From Phycisphaerales bacterium (GTDB lineage Bacteria; Planctomycetota; Phycisphaerae; Phycisphaerales; UBA1924), in NCBI GenBank assembly GCA_965227775.1, contig OZ245777.1, positions 2,560,001 through 2,624,000 on the forward strand: a stretch of 64,000 nucleotides of DNA, given 5' to 3'. Position numbers and translations under genes: made by a program. The notes beneath the pieces are model-generated. The model made no database searches. It was not told the DNA's origin and saw only the letters and a list, made by a program, of their open reading frames with translations. This document shows, one piece after another, positions 37,304 through 46,439 of this stretch (position 1 is its first letter; the number at the start of each line of letters is the position of its first letter).

Positions 37304-40300
37304 GAACTTGCAGTCGCGGCAGTTCCGCCCTTGAAGATCCGCCGGATCAGCCCGTACAGCACCGGGATGAACAGCACGCCCACGGCGGTCGCCAGTACCA
37401 TGCCGCCGAAGACGGCGGTACCGATGGCCTGGCGGCTGTTGGCGCCGGCGCCGCTGGCAATCAGCAGTGGGGCCGTGCCCAGCACAAACGACAGAGCGGT
37501 CATGAGGATGGGCCGCAGGCGCAGCTTGCTCGCCTCGACCGTGGCTTCAGCGACGGGCTTGCCGGGACTCTTGCCATCGCCCTTGCGGACCTGCTCTGCG
37601 AATTCCACAACAAGGATGGCGTTCTTGCACACGAGCGCGACGAGCAGGACCAGGCCGATCTGCGTGTAGACGTTGTTGTCCATGCCGCGCAGCACCGTGG
37701 CGGCGAGCGCCCCGAGAATACCGATCGGGATCGTCGCCATGATCGTGATCGGCAGGATCCAACTCTCGTACTGAGCCGCGAGGAACAGGTAGACAAAAAC
37801 GATCGCAAGCCCAAACACGATGGGCGCGAGGTTGCCGGCCTCCTTTTGCTGGAAGGCCGTGCCGGTCCACTCATAGCCGAAGCCCGATGGCAACGTGGCA
37901 CTTGTCAGAGCTTCCATCTCAGCCATTGCTTGCCCAGTGCTCACACCTGCGGCGGGGTCAGCAGAGATCTTGGCCGACGGATATAGGTTGTAGCGATAGA
38001 GTGTCGAAGGACCAACCGTCTCGCGTAGCTCAGCGACCGAAGACAACGGCAGCGTGGCGCCATCTCGGTTGCGCACTTGGAGCAGCAGCACGTCTCCAGG
38101 ATCCTGCCGGAAAGCCGGCTCGCTCTGGACGCGGACCTGGTAGGTACGGCCGAACGCGTTGAAGTCGTTGACGTACGCAGAGCCCATGTTCCCAGAGAGC
38201 GTCGTAAAGATCGTCTCGAGTGATACGCCCGAACGCTGAGCTTTTGTCCGATCGAGGTCAAGGAACAACTGGGGAGTCTGTGCGCTGTAGCCCGTGAATA
38301 CGTTCTGGAGACGACCTGACTCACTCGACCGCGCGATCACATCACCTGAGACGGTCTCCAGCACATCCAAACCTGCGCTGGCGCGGTCCTGGATCTGGAT
38401 CTCAAACCCACCGGAAGTACCCAGTCCAGGAATAGCTGGCGGCTGAAATGGGAACACGACCGCTTCGGGGATGGCCATGAGGCGCGGCGTCAGCCCCGCA
38501 AGCAAGCCCTCGATTCGTAGTTCTGCAGTCTCACGGTCTTCCCAAGGTTCCAGAAGCACGATCGCGGTGCCGCTATTCGGCTCGTTCGCGTTGGTGAGCA
38601 ACGAGTACCCACCGATGGTGACCACACCGGCAACACCCGGCGTAGCCTGGATCTCTGCCTCAACCTTCTTGATCACTTCATCCGTGCGCGCAACCTTAGC
38701 AGCCGGCGGCAGGCCAATGTTCACGAAGAATGCTTTTTGATCTTCGAGTGGGATGAAGCCGGTCGGCGTCGTCTTCAAGAAGAAGATCACGCCAACTACC
38801 ATGCCCGCAAACGCGATGAGTGCCAACAGGGACAGCCGCAATGCCTTGCCCACGAGCCAGCCATAGGACGTGATCAGCCGATCCATCACCGCGTTGAATG
38901 CGCGGAAAGCGACAAACTGCTTTCCGGAACGCTTGTGCAACAAGACGCCGCACAGTGCGGGACTCAGCGTAAGGGCGTTGATGCTCGAAAGCACGGTGGC
39001 GACCGAAAGCGTGACGCCAAACTGGCGGTACAACTCGCCCGTGATTCCGGGGAGGATCGAAGTGGGCACGAATACCGCGAGTAGCACGAGCGTGGTCGCG
39101 ATAACCGGTCCGGTGATCTCCTGCATTGACTTGCGTGCCGCGTCCTTGGCCCCAAGACCCTCCTCTTCGACGAGGCGCGACGTGTTCTCTACAACTACGA
39201 TCGCATCGTCGACCACGATACCAATTGCGAGCACGAGGCCGAAGAGCGTCAGCATGTTCATGCTGTAGCCAAGACCCAGTAGCACTGCGAGCGTGCCGAT
39301 GATCGAGACCGGAATTGCCGCGCCGGGGATCAGCGTCGCCCGGAAGTCCTGCAGGAACACGAAGACCGTCACGAACACGAGCGCCGAAGCGATGATCAGC
39401 GTGACGATCACTTCCTTGATCGATGCGCCCACAAAGTCGGTGAAGTCATAGAAGACCGGTGCTTCGAATCCCTCGGGGAAGTCGACCGAGAGCTCGTCCA
39501 GTGCATCACGTACGCCCTGGGAGACATCGAGCGCGTTCGATCCCGGCAGTTGGTACATGCCGATGACCGGGGCCTCCATGCCGTTGAATCGTGCAAAGCT
39601 GTCGTAGCTCTGGCTGCCGAGCTCGAGGCGAGCGACATCACGCAAACGGATCTCACGCCGATCCTCGCCGATGCGCAAAATAACCTCACCGAATTCCTCG
39701 GCAGTTTGCAGACGTCCCTGCGTGGTGATCGTAAGTTGGAACCCGGAGTCGTCGGCAGTCGGGCGCTGACCGATCTTGCCGGCGGCGACCTGCACATTCT
39801 GCTCGCGCAGCGAGGCGATCACCTCCGACGTCGTTAGGTCTCGGGCGGCCAGGCGCTCGGGGTCGAGCCAGACACGCATGGCGTAGTCCTGGGCGCCGAA
39901 CACGGTGACCGAACCGACGCCGGGCACGCGCGCGAGACGATCGACCATAAAGATGCGAGCATAGTTGCTCAAGTACAATTGGTCGAAGCGGCCGTCGGGG
40001 GAGTGCGGTGCAACGAGCATCAGCAAGCTGGTCGATTGCTTGTCCGTACTGATGCCCTGCGAGCGCACGGCCTCGGGCAGTCGCGGCTCTGCGGCGGCTA
40101 CCCGGTTTTGAATGCGAACGGCGGCCATATCAACATCTGCGCCGACCCGAAGCGTCACGGTTAACGTGTAGGAACCGTCATCGGCCGAGATAGAAGACAT
40201 GTAGATCATGTCTTCAACACCGTTGACCTGCTGTTCAATCGGAGCGGCAACCGTTTCGGCGACGGTCTTGGCGTCGGCGCCCGGATAACTCGCCGTAACT

Positions 40301-40434
40301 CGAACCGTGGGCGGTGCCACTTCTGGATACTGCTCAATTGGCAGCACAACCGTGGAAAGCCCGCCAGCAAGGACCATCACGATGGCGACCACGGCGGCGA
40401 AGATCGGTCGATCGATGCAGAACTTCGAGATCAC
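37300..40434 (-). CDS. RND efflux permease (AcrB/HAE1 family)
   Basis: FCIDRPIFA, GIVVDDAIVVVEN, KNAILVVEFA, RLRPILMT. Confidence 0.97.
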   Translation of the reverse strand: MISKFCIDRPIFAAVVAIVMVLAGGLSTVVLPIEQYPEVAPPTVRVTASYPGADAKTVAETVAAPIEQQVNGVEDMIYMSSISADDGSYTLTVTLRVGADVDMAAVRIQNRVAAAEPRLPEAVRSQGISTDKQSTSLLMLVAPHSPDGRFDQLYLSNYARIFMVDRLARVPGVGSVTVFGAQDYAMRVWLDPERLAARDLTTSEVIASLREQNVQVAAGKIGQRPTADDSGFQLTITTQGRLQTAEEFGEVILRIGEDRREIRLRDVARLELGSQSYDSFARFNGMEAPVIGMYQLPGSNALDVSQGVRDALDELSVDFPEGFEAPVFYDFTDFVGASIKEVIVTLIIASALVFVTVFVFLQDFRATLIPGAAIPVSIIGTLAVLLGLGYSMNMLTLFGLVLAIGIVVDDAIVVVENTSRLVEEEGLGAKDAARKSMQEITGPVIATTLVLLAVFVPTSILPGITGELYRQFGVTLSVATVLSSINALTLSPALCGVLLHKRSGKQFVAFRAFNAVMDRLITSYGWLVGKALRLSLLALIAFAGMVVGVIFFLKTTPTGFIPLEDQKAFFVNIGLPPAAKVARTDEVIKKVEAEIQATPGVAGVVTIGGYSLLTNANEPNSGTAIVLLEPWEDRETAELRIEGLLAGLTPRLMAIPEAVVFPFQPPAIPGLGTSGGFEIQIQDRASAGLDVLETVSGDVIARSSESGRLQNVFTGYSAQTPQLFLDLDRTKAQRSGVSLETIFTTLSGNMGSAYVNDFNAFGRTYQVRVQSEPAFRQDPGDVLLLQVRNRDGATLPLSSVAELRETVGPSTLYRYNLYPSAKISADPAAGVSTGQAMAEMEALTSATLPSGFGYEWTGTAFQQKEAGNLAPIVFGLAIVFVYLFLAAQYESWILPITIMATIPIGILGALAATVLRGMDNNVYTQIGLVLLVALVCKNAILVVEFAEQVRKGDGKSPGKPVAEATVEASKLRLRPILMTALSFVLGTAPLLIASGAGANSRQAIGTAVFGGMVLATAVGVLFIPVLYGLIRRIFKGGTAATASS

Positions 40435-41681
40435 GAGGCGGGCTCCGGCTCTGCGGTCTCGGTGTCCTGCGCAGCGGGCGCATCTGGAACAACCGGCGAT
40501 TGGCCGAACGGCGTCGGAGTCACCGGTGCACCCGGACGGGCTTTTTGCAGGCCTCGCACGATGTATGTCTCGCCCGGCTCGAGGCCTGTGAGGACGACGA
40601 TCGTGCCATCATCCTGCCGCTCGCCCAATTCAACCGGGCGGCGTTCGACAACGTTGCCTTCTCCAACGATCAGCAGAAACTTGCCCTCGAGACCGGTTCC
40701 GACCGCCTCCTCGAACACACACAGCGCGTCGTCGCGCTCCTGCCACGGCACGCGAATGCGAGCAAAAAGGCCCGGGTATAGCTTGCCGGTCGGGTTGTCG
40801 AGTGCGGCCCGCACGAGCAGTGTGCCCGTCGATCCGTCGAGCTGGTTGTCCACGAAGTCGACGCGGCCCGCGTGCGGGTAGTTCGTTTCGTCGGCGAGCG
40901 CGAGCTCGATGGGTGGATAGGCCTCACCGGCCCGGCCGTCGTTGCCAACCGACAGGTACTGCAGTGCGATGGCTTCGCTCACATCGAAGCTGACGTGGAT
41001 GGGGTCCATCGTGACGACGGTGGCCAAGAGCGTGGCCTCACCCCCGCCGGCAAGCTGAGCACCGACCAGGTTGCCGCGATCCACAAAGTGGCGGTCGATT
41101 CGGCCTGAGATGGGCGAGGTAACATCGGTGTACGAGAGATCGAGTTCCGCAGCCTTGAGCGCTTCTTGCTGTGCGAGCACATCGGCCTGGGCCTGCTTGA
41201 GCTTGGCTCTTTCCTCGAACAACTCGAGTTCATTGGCCGCACCGCTCTCGAATGCCTTCTCGAGCCGCTGCACACGCACATCAGCCAAGGCCTGGGCGGC
41301 CTCGGCCCGTTCGAGTGCAGCCGTGGCCTGTCCGACGGCCAGCTCGTACGGCTCCTTCTCGATGGTGAAGAGCACGTCGCCTTCAGAGACGTTGCTGCTC
41401 TCCTGGAAGTGGATCGTCTCGAGTTCCCCGCCCACTCGGGCGCGGATCTGTACGAAGTCCACTGGTTCGAGCGTACCTGTGTAGAAGAAGTACTCGGTAA
41501 TCGTGCGCTGCGTCGGCGAAGCTACCTCAACCGTGGGCGGAGGGGGTGGCTGCGACGCTTCGGAGCGATCGCAGCCGCTAGCCATGGATAACGCGATGGA
41601 CGCGGTCGCGACGGCGGCGCTGGCTACCAGTGCTCGGTACGCACCAGATTTACGCACCCCACGAGTGATTGGTTGTATCAC
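40431..41681 (-). CDS. RND periplasmic adaptor (AcrA-like)
   Basis: Lipobox-like ASGC; IRARVGG; YTDVTSPISGRI; LYPGLFARIR; start uncertain. Confidence 0.93.
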   Translation of the reverse strand: MIQPITRGVRKSGAYRALVASAAVATASIALSMASGCDRSEASQPPPPPTVEVASPTQRTITEYFFYTGTLEPVDFVQIRARVGGELETIHFQESSNVSEGDVLFTIEKEPYELAVGQATAALERAEAAQALADVRVQRLEKAFESGAANELELFEERAKLKQAQADVLAQQEALKAAELDLSYTDVTSPISGRIDRHFVDRGNLVGAQLAGGGEATLLATVVTMDPIHVSFDVSEAIALQYLSVGNDGRAGEAYPPIELALADETNYPHAGRVDFVDNQLDGSTGTLLVRAALDNPTGKLYPGLFARIRVPWQERDDALCVFEEAVGTGLEGKFLLIVGEGNVVERRPVELGERQDDGTIVVLTGLEPGETYIVRGLQKARPGAPVTPTPFGQSPVVPDAPAAQDTETAEPEPAS

Positions 41682-41752
41682 GGGTGTCCCCTTGCCGGTG
41701 GGCGATCAGCATGGATCGAGGTCGATGCTAGCCACTCGCTTGATCGGGCATT

Positions 41753-41775
41753 GAAAAACCCGCTTGCAAGCGGGT
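41753..41775 (-). terminator. Intrinsic terminator after the heme oxygenase gene
   Basis: Perfect inverted repeat ACCCGCTTGCAAGCGGGT (41758-41775) then T-run on the minus strand. Confidence 0.75.
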
Positions 41776-41798
41776 CTCCAAAGACTCTATGGATCACG

Positions 41799-42479
41799 TC
41801 AGGCGCCGGCCGGCTTGGCGTGTCCGGCCAGTAACTCGAGCAATTCTCGGTTGATGTCCCGAACACCTTCGAACGTCCGTCGAGCAGCGGCCACGACGCG
41901 TTCGCGAGACTCTTCGCTGAGATCGAGCGTATCGAGCCGGCTCTTGAAGCGAGCCCAAGTCTCGCGCTGTGCGGAGCCGTAGCTGTTCAGGTAACGAACC
42001 CCGTCCTGCTCGAGGCCGAGCGCGGGACCGATCTTCTTTGCGATGAAGCCGTTGCCATTGGTCGAGCCCTCGAGCACGTACTGGACGCCAATGAGCGCCG
42101 TTGGGTGCTCGCGGGCGGTGTCCTGGATCCAGCTCGTAAAGCTCTGCGTCGCCGGCACGGGCTGGACATCGGAGGGATTGACCGACAAAAACGCCAGGTC
42201 GGCCTCGAGCTTGCCGGTGTGGTGCAGGTCCTCGCTGTTGAGGGCCTTCACTTGATCGCACGAAGCATCGTCGAGGCACCCTTCGAGCGTGCGATGGACG
42301 AGATAGAGCTGGCCCAGATGGGCGGCGTATTCGTGCTTGCCCAATTCGCCCTTGACGAGCCGCTTCTGCAGATCGCCGCTCTCGGCCTGCTGGTGCAGGT
42401 CCCAGGTGCTGTCCTTGAGTGTGGAAGCGAATCCGGTCGCGGCCTCGGCCGGCCCGGTGTGCGTGGGTGGGTGTTGCAT
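41799..42479 (-). CDS. Biliverdin-producing heme oxygenase
   Basis: LKDSTWDLHQQAE (proximal His), LEADLAFL, YVLEGSTNGNG. Confidence 0.9.
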   Translation of the reverse strand: MQHPPTHTGPAEAATGFASTLKDSTWDLHQQAESGDLQKRLVKGELGKHEYAAHLGQLYLVHRTLEGCLDDASCDQVKALNSEDLHHTGKLEADLAFLSVNPSDVQPVPATQSFTSWIQDTAREHPTALIGVQYVLEGSTNGNGFIAKKIGPALGLEQDGVRYLNSYGSAQRETWARFKSRLDTLDLSEESRERVVAAARRTFEGVRDINRELLELLAGHAKPAGA

Positions 42480-42515
42480 GCGTTTCTGGCTCCTGTGACG
42501 GCCAATCGTAGCGGC

Positions 42516-43538
42516 TCAGCCGGCGTCGAAGGCGTTCTGGAACGCCAGGAAATCGAAGATGTCGAGCGTGCAGTTGCCATCAAAGTCGGCCAGGGGATCG
42601 CCCGCATCGAAGGCGTTCTGGAACGCCAGGAAGTCGAAGATGCTCAGGTCGCCGTCTCCGTTGATGTCCGCGTCATCGACCGCAATTACGGTCAGCTCGA
42701 GTCGAGGCGAATAGCCCAAGATCGGGCTGATCGCGTTCTCCTTGGTGAAGAACGACGGGAATTCCGTCGAGCCAAGCTCGGCGCTGTGCATGCTCGTCAC
42801 GGTCAGGTTGACCTTACCCGCATCCAGCGAGGCGTCGAAGAAGGCCGCCGCCCCGGGAGCACACGTGTCGATGTCGAACGCAAACACGGTTTCTGCTGGC
42901 ACCAACTCGCCGACCGAGACGCCATCGGTCTGGCCAATCGCCAAGGGCGTGCTGTCGATCCGCTCACGCACCTGACGCGAGAGATCAACGACGTCGTCTA
43001 CGCCGGCATAGAACGCGGCAAACGCGTTACGGGCGCCCTCGGCCGGCGGAATGGTCGGGATGCCGCCGAACTCGCTGGTTTCTTGCCAGCTCTCGATCGT
43101 GAATCCATTGCGATAGCCGGTCGCGTACAGCTCGATGGGGCGGCCGGGCGTGGTATCCTCCACGAAGTCGGGGTCATCGATCGGGAAGAAGCTCGCGAGC
43201 GGGTCCGCCGAATCGTCGTACACAAACTGCAGGTCGTTGTCGATCACCAGCGTCACGCGAGCTGATATCACGCGGAACGCGCCAGCACCAAGCCCCGTGG
43301 GAATCTCGCTCGCTGTGTCGAAGCCAATGACGAACTGGCCATCACGATCGTCGAAGCCCTCGATGCCCGTCGCGCCGAAGACGGTCGCATTGGTCCGCGT
43401 GCCGGGCGTGGCGCTGAACGGGTAGTTCCAGCGATCGCGATCGGGCTCGTCGAACGAGAGCGAGATCGCGCCGGACTGTGCCAGCGTGGCACCGGCAAGA
43501 GCAAGTAGAGCGGCTGGAGCGATCGCAAAGCGTGGCAT
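42516..43538 (-). CDS. Secreted protein with dockerin-like C-terminus lacking both flanking Cys
   Basis: GGAG RBS; signal peptide; 'DRWNYPF...FDDRDGQ'; DINGDGDLSIFDFLAFQNAF / DFDGNCTLDIFDFLAFQNAFDAG. Confidence 0.88.
   Translation of the reverse strand: MPRFAIAPAALLALAGATLAQSGAISLSFDEPDRDRWNYPFSATPGTRTNATVFGATGIEGFDDRDGQFVIGFDTASEIPTGLGAGAFRVISARVTLVIDNDLQFVYDDSADPLASFFPIDDPDFVEDTTPGRPIELYATGYRNGFTIESWQETSEFGGIPTIPPAEGARNAFAAFYAGVDDVVDLSRQVRERIDSTPLAIGQTDGVSVGELVPAETVFAFDIDTCAPGAAAFFDASLDAGKVNLTVTSMHSAELGSTEFPSFFTKENAISPILGYSPRLELTVIAVDDADINGDGDLSIFDFLAFQNAFDAGDPLADFDGNCTLDIFDFLAFQNAFDAG
42526..42632. repeat. 26-bp identical direct repeat, 81-bp period, encoding the duplicated dockerin-like helix
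   Basis: TCGAAGGCGTTCTGGAACGCCAGGAA at 42526-42551 and 42607-42632. Confidence 0.9.
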
Positions 43539-43585
43539 GGACGGGTCTCCTCTTGGCTGGGCCGAAGAACTGGCCCGGTTTCTGG

Positions 43586-43607
43586 TTGCGATTGAGTCTC
43601 AGTTGCG
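43586..43607. promoter_or_regulatory. Putative Fur-family operator
   Basis: TTGCGATTGAGTCTCAGTTGCG with core TGAG-T-CTCA in an AT-rich divergent intergenic region. Confidence 0.55.
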
Positions 43608-43674
43608 TAGTATTGAATCTCCTTCGCTGCCAGTCAAGAATAATTCTGGTTTCACAGGAATCATCTCAGTGGCC

Positions 43675-44529
43675 ATGATGCACACCCGCTGCCGACACGC
43701 TGCCTTCACTCTGATCGAGCTGCTCGTCGTCATCGCGATCATCGCCGTCCTCATCTCGATCCTGCTTCCCAGCCTCGGCGCCGCCCGTGGTCTGGCCAAG
43801 TCGACCAGGGAGCTGGCAGCCGCCCAGCAGACGATGATCGCGTTCCAGCTCTACGCCCAGGACAACGACGGCCGCTTGCTCACAGGCATGCCCGATGTGC
43901 GCGACGTCGCAGGCCGCGATGCACCAGTCGACGATCTCGGCGAATCCATCAGCGATCCACGCATCGCACAGCGGTATCCGTGGAGGCTGGCTCCGTACCT
44001 CGACTACAACTTCCGAGGTCTCTACGACGAATCAGCGCTCGCAGCCTTGCGCGATCGCCGCGCCGACTTCCAGTACGTCGTAAGCCTCTATCCCACGCTG
44101 GGCATGAACGTTGCCTACGTCGGTGGGAGTGTGAACCACCTTGGCGATCGCACGAGCCAGCGGGTCTTTGGCAAGGTGTTCCTGGAGCGTGACGACCAGG
44201 CCACCAGGCCGACAGAGGTCATCGCCTTCGCCTCGGCTCGCTTCCGTGGCCCGGGCACGATCGAGGAGCTCCCAGATCCGGAGGGCTTCTTCAGGGTTGA
44301 GGCTCCGACCTTCGGCGCTGGCTGGCAGGACAGCTACGACGATCGTGCGCCCAACCCAGGCCTCAACAGCGGTTTCGTGAGCCTGCGCCACCCCGGTGGC
44401 GGGGGTGGAACGGCGGTCGCCGCCATGCTCGACGGCCACGCCGAGGTGCTCGGATGGCAGGACCTCCGCGATATGCGGCGGTGGGCCGATCAGGCGACGA
44501 GCGAGGATTGGCAGCCCGAGCCACGGTAG
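43675..44529 (+). CDS. Prepilin-type N-terminal methylation domain protein (DUF1559-like)
   Basis: AFTLIELLVVIAIIAVLISILLPSL; YAQDNDG; C-terminal RHPGGGGGTAVAAMLDGH (extended H-X9-DG-type motif). Confidence 0.92.
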   Translation: MMHTRCRHAAFTLIELLVVIAIIAVLISILLPSLGAARGLAKSTRELAAAQQTMIAFQLYAQDNDGRLLTGMPDVRDVAGRDAPVDDLGESISDPRIAQRYPWRLAPYLDYNFRGLYDESALAALRDRRADFQYVVSLYPTLGMNVAYVGGSVNHLGDRTSQRVFGKVFLERDDQATRPTEVIAFASARFRGPGTIEELPDPEGFFRVEAPTFGAGWQDSYDDRAPNPGLNSGFVSLRHPGGGGGTAVAAMLDGHAEVLGWQDLRDMRRWADQATSEDWQPEPR

Positions 44530-44657
44530 GTACTGAAGCGATCGACTCGCTGTCCCAAAATCACCGGCTCCAACTTCGGCATCTTCCGTTACCATGACCA
44601 GAACAGCCGCTCGACCCTGCTCGACTGCGGGAGGTAGCTGCTCTTGGAGGTACGGGG

Positions 44658-46400
44658 ATGATGGCAATGCACGGTCGGATCGGGCTGGCCACACGGTCTT
44701 TGCTTGCGATCATGTTTGGTTACGGGGCATCTGTTGCACTGGCGCAAACACCCGTCGGCGGCCCGATTCTCGACGATGTGACATGGACCGCCGCTGGCAG
44801 CCCGTATCAGATCGTGAGCAACATCATCGTGGGCGATGACGCCACGCTGACGATCGAGCCGGGCGTCACCGTGGAGTTCGACGACGACTTGGGCATAGAT
44901 GTTGGTTCGGCCTCGTTCGGGACCGGCACGCTCGTCGCCCGCGGCACTGCCAGCGAGCCGATCGTCTTCAAGCCGAGTGCGCCCGATCCCGCGCGTAGTC
45001 AATGGCAGGGCGTCTGTTTCACGCAATTCGCCGTTGATGGGCAGGTCGACCCCGATACAGGGGCCTACGTCAGCGGATCGATTGTGGAGCACGCGGAGTT
45101 CACCTTCGCCACCACAGCGCTCCTATTCGAGGAGGGTGTGGCCGTCGTGCGAGACACCGAGATGCACGAGTGCCTTTTCGCGGTCTCCGCCACTCTTGAG
45201 AGCGATCAGCAACTCCACGTCACCGATGTACAATCGCGGGACTGCCTCGGCGGCATCAATATCGTTCGAGGCCGAGGGCACGTCCTGACGAGGGTGGACG
45301 TTTCCGATGGCGGCATCATGCTGTTTGTCTCGGATGCGCCGGACGTGACCATCAATGGCGGGACACTGGAAGGCGCGACTTCCGTAGGGTTGAGCACGAG
45401 TCGCACAGATCGCCTGAAGCTCGAAGCGGTTCGATTCGATGGCAATCCCGCCAGGGGCCTTATCGTGAACGAAAGCGAGGATGTTGAGATCCGCGAGTGT
45501 TCATTCATCGACAACGGAGACAGCGGCGCGTTCCTATCCGATGTCCCGCGGATGCGGATCATCGATTGCGAGTTCCGAGGCAACATCTCCCCTGGCACTG
45601 GCTTTCCTGCCGCCGCCGGCCTCTCGATCTTCAGGGGCGACGACGCGGTCATCGAGGGGTGCGTGTTCGAGGCGAATGACACGCAGCAGCAACTACTTCC
45701 CCGAGGTGGCACGCTCATGCTGCGGCTTAGCGCGCGCGTCACGGTGACGGACGTGGACTTCACCCGCAATGACTCGTTGGTTGATGGTGGTGCCGCATTC
45801 ATCGAAGAGTCCCCCGGTGCAGTGTTCTCGGATGTACGCTTTACCGACAACCTCTCGGCAGAGCGCGGTGGGGCGGTCTACGTGCTCGAGAGCCCGGACG
45901 TGGTGTTCGAGGCGAGCACTTTCGAGGGCAACTCGGCCAGCGACGGGGGCGGTGTGTTCGTCGATGGCGGCTCGACGGGCATCAGCTTCGCGGGAGATCC
46001 GGATACCCGCGGGTTCAACGTGTTTGCCGACAACGAGGCCGATCGCGGCCAAGACATTTTCAATAACATGGACCTCGGCATCATCCCTGGCCAAGGCGAT
46101 ATCGACGCGAGCAACGTGTGCTGGGGCACGCTCGAGCAATTCGAGGTGCAGCAGCGCATCTGGGATGGCTTCGACGATCCACTGTTGGGATTTATCGTGG
46201 CCAACCCGCTGGTTGAGTGCGATTCTGATTGCCGGGCGGACATCGATGGCGATGGCGTGCTCACGATTTTCGACTTCCTTGGCTTCCAGAACGCCTTCGA
46301 TGCCGGCGACATCTCGATAGCCGACTTCGATGGCGATGGGGTGCTCACGATCTTCGACTTCCTCGCCTTCCAGAACGAGTTCGACGCGGGGTGTGGGTAG
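44658..46400 (+). CDS. Secreted parallel beta-helix repeat protein with GC-type dockerin-like domain
   Basis: WTAAGSPY, LTIEPGVTVEF, repeated F..N....GGA units; terminal AGCG. Confidence 0.88.
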   Translation: MMAMHGRIGLATRSLLAIMFGYGASVALAQTPVGGPILDDVTWTAAGSPYQIVSNIIVGDDATLTIEPGVTVEFDDDLGIDVGSASFGTGTLVARGTASEPIVFKPSAPDPARSQWQGVCFTQFAVDGQVDPDTGAYVSGSIVEHAEFTFATTALLFEEGVAVVRDTEMHECLFAVSATLESDQQLHVTDVQSRDCLGGINIVRGRGHVLTRVDVSDGGIMLFVSDAPDVTINGGTLEGATSVGLSTSRTDRLKLEAVRFDGNPARGLIVNESEDVEIRECSFIDNGDSGAFLSDVPRMRIIDCEFRGNISPGTGFPAAAGLSIFRGDDAVIEGCVFEANDTQQQLLPRGGTLMLRLSARVTVTDVDFTRNDSLVDGGAAFIEESPGAVFSDVRFTDNLSAERGGAVYVLESPDVVFEASTFEGNSASDGGGVFVDGGSTGISFAGDPDTRGFNVFADNEADRGQDIFNNMDLGIIPGQGDIDASNVCWGTLEQFEVQQRIWDGFDDPLLGFIVANPLVECDSDCRADIDGDGVLTIFDFLGFQNAFDAGDISIADFDGDGVLTIFDFLAFQNEFDAGCG

Positions 46401-46439
46401 CCAAGCAGGCCTGGACCATCGACCATACCATCACGGCCC

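Noticed and set aside
37300..42479. RND pump as part of the heme oxygenase transcript
   Set aside because: A clear intrinsic terminator at 41753-41775 separates them
42526..42632. Dispersed TTCGACTTCCT/TTCGATTTCCT-type repeats as CRISPR or mobile repeats
   Set aside because: All lie in frame within dockerin-like coding regions; no spacer array or cas genes
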